Source: Rhizomicrobium sp.
Lineage (GTDB): Bacteria > Pseudomonadota > Alphaproteobacteria > Micropepsales > Micropepsaceae
Reading direction: 5' to 3'
DNA length: 64,000 nucleotides
Assembly: GCA_036511745.1 (NCBI GenBank)
Contig: DATCBQ010000126.1
Coordinates: 2,780 to 66,779, forward strand
Positions 56,740-64,000 of this stretch are shown piece after piece. The notes below the pieces were generated by a model. That model saw nothing but the letters and a program-made list of their open reading frames with translations. It did not search any database and was not told where the DNA came from. Both the position numbers and the translations under genes were made by a program. The first letter of the stretch is position 1; each line of letters opens with the position of its first letter.

Positions 56740-59172
56740 ATGCGTCCCAGTTCGGGACACCGGGGTGAGGGAAGACGAAGGCTTGAAGGATCGGGCGCGG
56801 GTCTCTTCTGCGCGTCGGCAATAGTCTTGGCGATCACGCTGGCGCCGGCTTCAGCCGCCGCGGCGAGCGATCAGTCCCTGCCCGCGCTCGGCGCCTACAT
56901 TGTCGCCGCCGGAGCTGTGTCTCTGGGTATTGCGACCGGTCTGTGGGCGATTGCCCAGCAACGGGTGGTAAGCCGCGCCCTCGCCATGCTGGCAAAAGTG
57001 GAATCGCGTTTGCGCTCCGCGGCTCAGGCGCGCGACGCGCTGCTGGCGGCCGGGCGGGAATCGATGATCGTGTGGGGTCGCGACGGCAGCCCGCTACACG
57101 CTTACGGATTGGCCGAACTTTTGCTCGACGCCTGCCTGTCCGGTCCGGAGGCCACAAAACTATCGGAGGCGATCGACGGCCTTAGCGATCGCGGAGCGAG
57201 CTTTGCGTTCTCCGTGATCGACAATCTCGGTCGGAGAATTGCCCTGCGGGGTCGCGCCGTGGGAGCGATGGCTGCCATCTGGCTCGAAGAAGAAGCGGCG
57301 GCGCGCACGAATAACTTCGACTTCGCAGCCATTCTCGATGCGCTGCCCGCTCCCGTCTGGCTGCGCGACCGAACGCTGGCATTGACCTGGGCCAACCGCG
57401 CCTTTCTCGCCGCGACAGGGTTCGAGGACGTTGCAGGCGCTGTCGTCAGGCAACCCACACTTGAAAAGTCGGAGCGCGATCTGGCCGCCGCCGCTCGCGC
57501 GGAGGCGCTCACGCAGGTGGCCAAGCGTTTCGCGGTGTTGGGGGGGCAGCGCCGCGCGCTTTCCTTCACCCATACGCCCATAGCCGATGGCGTCGTCGGC
57601 AGCGCCATGGACATTACCGATCTCTCGAGCGCCGAAGCCCGCCTGCAACAGCATATCGATGCGCACGCCGACACGCTGGACAAGCTCGCTACCGCGGTTG
57701 CGATCTTTGACCGCGAGCAAAAACTCGCCTTTCACAACCGCGCCTTTGCGTTGCTGTGGAATTTGCCGGAAGACTGGCTCGACTCGCGGCCGGCGCATGG
57801 CGAAGTCCTCGATCGCCTGCGCGAGCAGCGGCGACTGCCGGAACAGCGCGATTATCAGGCCTGGAAGCGGCAGCGCCTGGCGCTCTGTCAGGAAGGCGGC
57901 GACCTACCTGAAGACCTCTGGCACTTGCCTGGCGGCAAGACACTGCGGGTCGTGGCGCAACCGCATCCCTTCGGCGGTCTTACATTCCTTTATGAGGATG
58001 TGACGGAAAAACTGGCGCTTGAAAGCTCCTACAACACGCTCATCAAGGTCCAGTCCGCCACCCTCGACACCTTGCAGGAAGGCGTCGCGGTATTCGGGCC
58101 GGACGCGCGGTTGAAACTGCACAACGCGGCGTTTGCGCGCATCTGGGAGCTTGAACCCAACGAGCTTTCCGGCGAGCCCCACCTTCAGAAACTGGCGGAA
58201 ACCTCGATTGCGCGCTTCGGCGAGGAATCGTTCTGGCTGAAGCTGGTCGCAACCGTTGCGTCGGGTGCGGAACGACGGCGAGACTGGGGGGAAATCGAAC
58301 GTTCCGACAAGACGATTCTTGCGCTATCGCTGGCGCCGCTGCCGGACGGCGCGACGCTCGTTACTTTCTTCGACGTGACGGACCGCTCCCGAATCGAGAG
58401 CGCATTGCGCGACCGCGCCGAAGCACTGGAAGCAGCAGACCAGCTCAAGTCCGACTTCATCCACCATGCTTCGTTTCTGTTCCGCGATCCGCTCAACGCC
58501 GTTCACGGTTTCGCGGAAATGCTCGCCGGCGGCCAGGCCGGCTCCCTCAACACCAGGCAGCGCGACTATGTGCAGAACATACTCTCCGCTTCAAACAAGC
58601 TTGCAGAGGTAACGAGCGACATTCTCGATCTCGCCATGATCGATTCCGGCGCCATGCGGCTCGAGCTTGCGCGGATCGACCTTCACGATCTGCTTGCACA
58701 TGTCGCCGAACCGTTGCGCCGGCATGCCGAGAGCCTCGACATCGGATTTACCCTCGACTGCGCGCCCGACATCGGCGACGTGGTGGTCGATCCGCGCCGC
58801 GTACGCCAGGCGGTTTTCAACCTGTTGTCGAACGCCTTTAAATACACTCCGCGCGGCGGCACAATTACACTGGGAGCCGCAATTCTGGGCGACGACACGC
58901 AGATCTTCGTTTCCGACAGCGGCCCGGGCATCGCCCCGGAAGTGAAGGCAAGTGTGTTCGAGCGTTTTTCTGCCAAGAGCCGCGCCGGCAAGGGCGCGGG
59001 CGCGGGTCTGGGTCTGGCGCTCGTCAACCGATTCGTGGAACTTCACGATGGTTGGGTGGAGATCGAGAGCGGCAACGCGGGCACCCTCGTGCGTTGCCAC
59101 CTGCCCCGCCGGTTGTCAGATTCCGGAACCCGCCGGCAACCGGCGGCGGCAGCGTCGGCGTTGCAGGGATAA
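56740..59172 (+). CDS. membrane-anchored multi-PAS sensor histidine kinase
   Basis: N-terminal TM segments, repeated PAS-like modules (LWNLPEDWL / IWELEPNEL), an H-box FIHHASFLFRDPLNAVHGFAEML, and HATPase N/G boxes (NLLSNAFKYTP, DSGPGI, GLGLALV). Confidence 0.85.
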   Translation: MRPSSGHRGEGRRRLEGSGAGLFCASAIVLAITLAPASAAAASDQSLPALGAYIVAAGAVSLGIATGLWAIAQQRVVSRALAMLAKVESRLRSAAQARDALLAAGRESMIVWGRDGSPLHAYGLAELLLDACLSGPEATKLSEAIDGLSDRGASFAFSVIDNLGRRIALRGRAVGAMAAIWLEEEAAARTNNFDFAAILDALPAPVWLRDRTLALTWANRAFLAATGFEDVAGAVVRQPTLEKSERDLAAAARAEALTQVAKRFAVLGGQRRALSFTHTPIADGVVGSAMDITDLSSAEARLQQHIDAHADTLDKLATAVAIFDREQKLAFHNRAFALLWNLPEDWLDSRPAHGEVLDRLREQRRLPEQRDYQAWKRQRLALCQEGGDLPEDLWHLPGGKTLRVVAQPHPFGGLTFLYEDVTEKLALESSYNTLIKVQSATLDTLQEGVAVFGPDARLKLHNAAFARIWELEPNELSGEPHLQKLAETSIARFGEESFWLKLVATVASGAERRRDWGEIERSDKTILALSLAPLPDGATLVTFFDVTDRSRIESALRDRAEALEAADQLKSDFIHHASFLFRDPLNAVHGFAEMLAGGQAGSLNTRQRDYVQNILSASNKLAEVTSDILDLAMIDSGAMRLELARIDLHDLLAHVAEPLRRHAESLDIGFTLDCAPDIGDVVVDPRRVRQAVFNLLSNAFKYTPRGGTITLGAAILGDDTQIFVSDSGPGIAPEVKASVFERFSAKSRAGKGAGAGLGLALVNRFVELHDGWVEIESGNAGTLVRCHLPRRLSDSGTRRQPAAAASALQG

Positions 59173-59238
59173 TCGCCATATCGGCGACCCGTTGCTGTAT
59201 CGTCTTGCGGCCTTTGGCCTCCTCCGCAAACAGGTGCG

Positions 59239-60654
59239 TCAGTCGTCGTCGGGAGGAAGCATGGGCAGTTTGTTGCTCCGGTAGTCGCCGAGGGGTATCG
59301 GCCCACCCGGCACCTCCACAAATGGCCGCGGCGCCTGGCTGAGGTCGTAAAATTCGGCCAGATTATGTTTGCTGCGCTCGTCGGCGAACGTGAGCGAGCC
59401 CATGGGGACCCCGAAATTAGCCTCGACAAATCGCGCAATGGCGCCGAAATCCAAACGAGTGTTGTTGATATAGCCGGAGGGCGTATAGGCCGACACGAAG
59501 ACCATTGGAACCCGGAACCCATATTGATAGCCGCCTTCCGGATAAGGCAGAAATGTCGGCGGCTCGTGGTCGTACCAGCCTCCCCAATCATCCCAGACGA
59601 TGACGATTGCCGTTGAATTCCAATAGGAGCTGCCGTCCGGATTTGTGCATTTGCTGTTGCCGATCGCGTTCACGACCGTCGCCACCCAATTCGGCCCGGT
59701 TCCGGTATTGGAACCTGCATGATCGGAAAATTGCGCCGAGGGTATTACCCAACTGACCGGACGCAGTTTGCATTGGCTGATATCGGACAGGCTATAAAAG
59801 GGTGTCAACGCAACGTTCTTGTTCCACTCCGCGCCGGTGCATTGCTGATTCACCGGCTGGCAAATGTGTTCGATGGCGTCAGGCGCGCTCCAAAGATCGC
59901 CGGCACCAGGCGTATAGTAGCGCCAACCGACGCCCTGGCTGTCGAGCAGATCCGCAAGTGTCTGATGCTCAGTGCACGGATAGATAACGTTGTTGGGATT
60001 CTCGACACCGTTTGCATCGATCAACTGGATTGTCTCATCGGGCGGCGCGGTGCAGCCATTTGCATCCGTGTGCAGATTCTCGGACATGAAGGTGCCCGCA
60101 TGATCGTCGTCGCTGCTGGGCGCCGAGGTTGCGCCGAACAGAAACTGGTGGGCCGGAAAACTTGGTCCCTGGTTTGTCTGGAACATATAGTTCGCCCAGC
60201 CATACTGTGTCGCCAGGAAGAGATAGGGCGCGAGAATTCCCGATGAATTATCGACATACTTGAATGGTGGATTCCGCGGGCAACCGATATTCGAGTTACA
60301 GACCTCTTTCCCTGCGCCATCCATCTTGCAGGTGTTTAGAGCTTGGTCGAAATCGCACATATCCATGAAATCGGAATGACGATGTTCGATATCGTAAGTG
60401 TTGGCGAGCGGAACCGGTTGCGGCTGAATTTTTCTGTTCAAGTTGAGCCAATCGGCGGTCTGGATGTCATAATGCGTCGAGTCGGGCTTCGTGCTGCAGG
60501 GCTCGGTATCGCAAAGCGCATAAAACAGACTGTCCGGCGTCCGGTTCTCCTGGATGATCAATACGATGTGCTCGAAACGCGCGATCTGCGCATGAGCCTG
60601 CGCCGCGAGAAGCAAAATGCAGGTTGCGATCACAAGGCCCGATAGCAGCTTCAC
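59239..60654 (-). CDS. secreted phosphoesterase family protein (phospholipase C / acid phosphatase AcpA-like, PF04185)
   Basis: I propose the GTG start at 60652-60654 (GGAGGGA upstream), giving the signal VKLLSGLVIATCILLLAAQAHAQ. The family motif HIVLIIQENRTPD follows immediately, and WDDWGGWYDH lies near the C-terminus. Confidence 0.8.
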   Translation of the reverse strand: MKLLSGLVIATCILLLAAQAHAQIARFEHIVLIIQENRTPDSLFYALCDTEPCSTKPDSTHYDIQTADWLNLNRKIQPQPVPLANTYDIEHRHSDFMDMCDFDQALNTCKMDGAGKEVCNSNIGCPRNPPFKYVDNSSGILAPYLFLATQYGWANYMFQTNQGPSFPAHQFLFGATSAPSSDDDHAGTFMSENLHTDANGCTAPPDETIQLIDANGVENPNNVIYPCTEHQTLADLLDSQGVGWRYYTPGAGDLWSAPDAIEHICQPVNQQCTGAEWNKNVALTPFYSLSDISQCKLRPVSWVIPSAQFSDHAGSNTGTGPNWVATVVNAIGNSKCTNPDGSSYWNSTAIVIVWDDWGGWYDHEPPTFLPYPEGGYQYGFRVPMVFVSAYTPSGYINNTRLDFGAIARFVEANFGVPMGSLTFADERSKHNLAEFYDLSQAPRPFVEVPGGPIPLGDYRSNKLPMLPPDDD

Positions 60655-60821
60655 GTGCTTCCCTCCAGTAAAGCGAATCCCCAAAACTGGGCAAGCAAAT
60701 AGATAGCGTAATTCCGCTACCAAATGGCCAGTTCCATTGAACCGTTTTGGTTCATACCATACTCTGGATTGCCATAAGCTGCTATTCGTTTAACATCGAG
60801 TCAACCAGAGGAGAGAATATC

Positions 60822-62039
60822 ATGTTCAAACGCATCGGGATCGAGGCGCTCGCAATGACATCTGCCATTGCATTGCTCGGACTGCCAGCGATTGCCCGGG
60901 CGGAAACCCTCTTGTACAGTTTTCACAAGGCCATTGATAATGGTCGCACGCCTCTGGCGCATTTGCACCTCGATCAACGTACCGGGGTTCTCTACGGCAC
61001 GACGGAAAAAGGCGGCGAATACAGATTCGGAACCTTATTCAAATTGGTACAGTACAACGGTATCTGGGAAGAGACCGTCCTTCACAGCTTCGCGGGAAAT
61101 AGCGGTGGGGCCTTTCCACAAGCAGGGGTGTACGAGGATTCGACCGGCGCACTTTATGGTACGACCGAAGAGGGCGGCATCAGGAATGGCGGAACAGCAT
61201 TCAAGTTAACGCCCTCCGGCGGCTCCTGGAATTATGAAGTGCTTCATAGCTTTGGTGGCGGGAACACGGATGGAAGCCATCCCTTCGCCAACCTGATCCA
61301 GGATCCGACAACATCGGTATTTTATGGCACGACCTACAACGGCGGCGCTCAAAACTGTGGGGTCGTGTTTCAGTTGTCGAGGTCGGGCCAAACCTGGAAC
61401 GAAAGTATCCTTTACAGCCTGGGCGGCTCCAGCGGCTGCAACCCGCAAACGCCTCTCAGACAGGATTCACTGGGCAACCTTTACGGGACCACGATCGCCG
61501 ACGGGCAATATGGCTACGGCAATGTGTACCAGCTGACGCAGGGCAACAACGGTGCGTGGAGTCAAACGGTGCTCCACAATTTTTCGGGGGGCAGCGATGG
61601 CGAATATGGCGGCGAACTGGATATAGATCCGGCAGGCACATTATACGGCGTAACCTTTGCCGGCGGCTTGCATGGCGACGGGACCATCTACGATCTGATC
61701 AAGAATGGCGGTTCCTGGAAGGAGACCGTGCTGTATAGCTTCGCGGGCGGGTCTACGGACGGCAGTGATCCGTATGGGATACACGAGGATGCCAATACCG
61801 GTGCGCTCTATGGATCGACGGAGACTGGCGGTTCGAGCAATGACGGAACCCTCTTTCAATTGACGCAATCTGGCGGGCACTGGACCGAGTCTGTGATTCA
61901 CTATTTCAGCGGCAGACCGGGCGACGGAGCATTGCCCCAGGCCGGCCCTGCCGTCGATGACAAATCGCATGTGCTCTATGGCACGACCGTCGAAGGTGGC
62001 AGTTACAATCTCGGCAGCGTGTACAGCCAGGTTTTTTAA
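60822..62039 (+). CDS. secreted tandem-repeat protein, GloVer (TIGR03803-like) repeats, Cys-poor variant
   Basis: The ATG at 60822 follows GAGGAGAG. Signal peptide MTSAIALLGLPAIARA, then seven repeats of VLHSF(A/G)G..DG..P...L..D..G.LYGTT..GG....GT.F.L. Confidence 0.75.
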   Translation: MFKRIGIEALAMTSAIALLGLPAIARAETLLYSFHKAIDNGRTPLAHLHLDQRTGVLYGTTEKGGEYRFGTLFKLVQYNGIWEETVLHSFAGNSGGAFPQAGVYEDSTGALYGTTEEGGIRNGGTAFKLTPSGGSWNYEVLHSFGGGNTDGSHPFANLIQDPTTSVFYGTTYNGGAQNCGVVFQLSRSGQTWNESILYSLGGSSGCNPQTPLRQDSLGNLYGTTIADGQYGYGNVYQLTQGNNGAWSQTVLHNFSGGSDGEYGGELDIDPAGTLYGVTFAGGLHGDGTIYDLIKNGGSWKETVLYSFAGGSTDGSDPYGIHEDANTGALYGSTETGGSSNDGTLFQLTQSGGHWTESVIHYFSGRPGDGALPQAGPAVDDKSHVLYGTTVEGGSYNLGSVYSQVF

Positions 62040-62077
62040 CGCAAGTATTTCCTTGTCGCAAAAAGATTTTGAGCAGC

Positions 62078-62110
62078 AACGAGGCGCGGGGAACGCGCCT
62101 CGTTGTTTTC
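62078..62110 (+). terminator. Rho-independent terminator of the GloVer-2 gene
   Basis: Perfect 11-bp stem AACGAGGCGCG / CGCGCCTCGTT with loop GGGAA, followed by GTTTTC, 39 nt after the stop codon. Confidence 0.7.
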
Positions 62111-62439
62111 GAAACCAACGCCGTGGGCGCGTGTATCCCTTTTTGCTTGACAATTTGCAAACAACGGCAGTCGGAATGAGCCCGAAACGGCTTTGGTGAT
62201 CGCGCGCCGATGTGGGTCGCTCCCATGCTGCTTCCATTCCGCCATGACGGCAGAGAGGAGGTATAACCGGCGTCAGGGCCGTGTACTAAAATTAACGAGT
62301 TCTCCATGCGTTGCCCGTTGCCACAAGGCGATATCTCGGGACTTCATGATCTGCGGATTGGAGGCAAGGGCCATCCACGCCCCTTAATGGGATCCGCGGT
62401 CGCGAAGCAGCCGCGGCTCGAGGAAACGAAGATTCGCCA

Positions 62440-62679
62440 TTGACCAAACCCGGTTTCGACCCATCAGGAAGCGCAGGGCGTCGTGCGGATCACCCTGCAC
62501 GCGTCAGTGAGCGACTGCTGGCGGCTCGGCCGCGCTCGCCGCCGAACTGGTGGTTGCCGGTTGCTGTCGTTTTCGGCGCCTTGATGTGGATCGTCCTTGG
62601 GATTTATGCGTCGAAATGGATTATCCACCCGAACGTACCCATACAGAGGATTGAGCCAAAAAACGGCAGCGAACAATAA
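62440..62679 (+). CDS. hypothetical single-pass membrane protein (79 aa), doubtful
   Basis: TTG start and one clear TM helix (WWLPVAVVFGALMWIVLGIYASKWII). No recognised family, a weak start context and mixed codon bias. Confidence 0.2.
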   Translation: MTKPGFDPSGSAGRRADHPARVSERLLAARPRSPPNWWLPVAVVFGALMWIVLGIYASKWIIHPNVPIQRIEPKNGSEQ

Positions 62680-62849
62680 TCTCTGCGAGACGTTGGCCGG
62701 GTTTCGGTGAGAACCCACGACCCCCCGGACGATGATTCCAACCGCAACGCGGACCCCGATTTCCGGATATCGTGCCGCTGGTCGATTGTGGCAGCTTCGC
62801 GCATCCTCCTCTACAATCGGATTCGGGCGCAGTTGTCGAGGGAATTGTC

Positions 62850-63779
62850 ATGCAGGGGCCGACGTTCATTTTGTTCATCGCGGTCATCGTCGTTATCGCG
62901 CTGTTTCTCCTGACGGGAATCTTTTCCTGGTTCTTTACCGTAGGGCAACAGAGCCGGGCCATCGTCGAACGGTTCGGGCGGTATGTGCGCACCGCAAAGC
63001 CGGGCCTGAACTACAAGCTCCCCTATATCGACCGCGTGGTGCAGCGCGTATCGCTGCGCGTGCAGCAGCTGCCGGTCGAAGTGGAGACCAAGACGCTCGA
63101 CAACGTCTTCGTCAAGCTCGCTGTTGCCGTGCAATACCGTGTCGTGGAAGGCAACGAAGCGGATTCCTACTACAAGCTGCAGGATCACGTGACGCAGATC
63201 GAGTCCTATGTGCTGGATGTCGTGCGCGCCAAGGTCCCCAAGATGAATCTCGACGAGGTGTTCGACAAGAAGGACGACGTGGGAAGCGCGGTGAAAAGCG
63301 AGCTCGACATCTCCATGAGGGTGTATGGCTTCGAAATCGCCAACGCGCTGGTCACCGACGTGAATCCCGCCGACAACGTCAAGGCGGCGATGAACGAAAT
63401 CCAGACCCAGCAACGGCTCCAGGCGGCCGCCAATGCCAAGGGCGAAGCCAACAAGATACTCGTGGTCAAGAACGCGGAAGCCGACGCCGAATCCAAGCGC
63501 CTTCAGGGCGAAGGCATCGCCAAGCAGCGAAAGGCAATCGTGGATGGCCTGCGCGAATCCATTGCCGCCTTCACCGACCAGATCGGCGGCGTCTCGGCGC
63601 CGGATGTGATGCAGCTCGTGTTGCTCACCCAGTATTTCGACACGATGAAGGAGATCGGAATTTCGGCGGGATCGAAGGTCATTTTGATGCCGCACACCCC
63701 AGCCGGCATGACCGACATCCTCGAGCAGCTTCGCACCGCGATCATTACAGGCAACGAAGCGGGCAAACCGGACAAGTAG
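62850..63779 (+). CDS. SPFH/Band 7 (stomatin/prohibitin-like) membrane protein
   Basis: The ATG at 62850 follows GAGGGA. An N-terminal TM helix is followed by the SPFH core (IVERFGRYVRTAKPGLNYKLPYIDRV...) and a coiled-coil region (QQRLQAAANAKGEANKILVVKNAEADAESKRLQGEGIAKQRKAI). Confidence 0.85.
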   Translation: MQGPTFILFIAVIVVIALFLLTGIFSWFFTVGQQSRAIVERFGRYVRTAKPGLNYKLPYIDRVVQRVSLRVQQLPVEVETKTLDNVFVKLAVAVQYRVVEGNEADSYYKLQDHVTQIESYVLDVVRAKVPKMNLDEVFDKKDDVGSAVKSELDISMRVYGFEIANALVTDVNPADNVKAAMNEIQTQQRLQAAANAKGEANKILVVKNAEADAESKRLQGEGIAKQRKAIVDGLRESIAAFTDQIGGVSAPDVMQLVLLTQYFDTMKEIGISAGSKVILMPHTPAGMTDILEQLRTAIITGNEAGKPDK

Positions 63780-64000
63780 ATTCACAAACGGCAGTAGAGT
63801 GCGCTTGCATCGCTGCGGCGGATGGCAGAAAAAACGCCAGGCAACGACAATGTATCGCCCAACTCCTGCGCAACAGGTGCGATTTGCTTCTTCTGATCGA
63901 AATTGAATATTAGCATTCGCCATCGTTCGCGTTTGTTCTCGTGTGTTCAGAACGCTTTGTTAAATCAGCGTTTCCGAGCATTTTGTGATCGCCACTGATT

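Overview
This is a densely coding, high-GC window with about 60 protein genes. It looks like an alphaproteobacterial (Hyphomicrobiales/Rhizobiales-like) chromosome: PdhB carries an N-terminal lipoyl domain, a SciP/DUF1153 gene is present, and the order eno-ftsB-pdhA-pdhB-pdhC-lpdA is conserved. I found no rRNA, tRNA, CRISPR array, transposase or integrase. Many long ORFs in the track are Arg/Gly/His-rich antisense shadows of real genes, and I did not call them.

The housekeeping backbone is msrA, ggt, a PCuAC/CtaG-like/Sco copper module, the pyruvate dehydrogenase operon, ftsB, eno, kdsA, selO, trxB, an aspartate aminotransferase, ahcY and a PAS histidine kinase.

Several accessory stretches interrupt the backbone:
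- 17.1-20.1 kb: a secreted 7-repeat GloVer-type protein with a Cys pair in most repeats, a 3' remnant of pyrG and an unannotated 39-aa lipoprotein ORF.
- 26.8-33.1 kb: LysR, a membrane methyltransferase, a stand-alone PilD N-domain protein, a LolA-like protein and a 1074-aa BNR/sortilin-like protein.
- 33.3-35.8 kb: yefM-yoeB with a TGTACA operator, a DUF1326-DUF2182 pair, and a candidate sRNA with C-rich loops ending in a strong terminator.
- 45.4-54.3 kb: a glycan locus whose core is six genes chained by ATGA overlaps, predicted to make a CDP-linked C-methyl-6-deoxyhexose. A sulfotransferase, a CmcI-type methyltransferase and two glycosyltransferases flank it, and no export genes are present.
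- 59.2-62.1 kb: a PLC/AcpA-type phosphoesterase divergent from a second GloVer paralogue.

I see no recognisable phage-defence, secretion or mobile system. The best candidates for something undescribed are the paired GloVer proteins, the sRNA candidate, the branched-sugar operon and the DUF1326/DUF2182 pair. All functional calls rest on motif recognition by eye and need HMM or BLAST confirmation.
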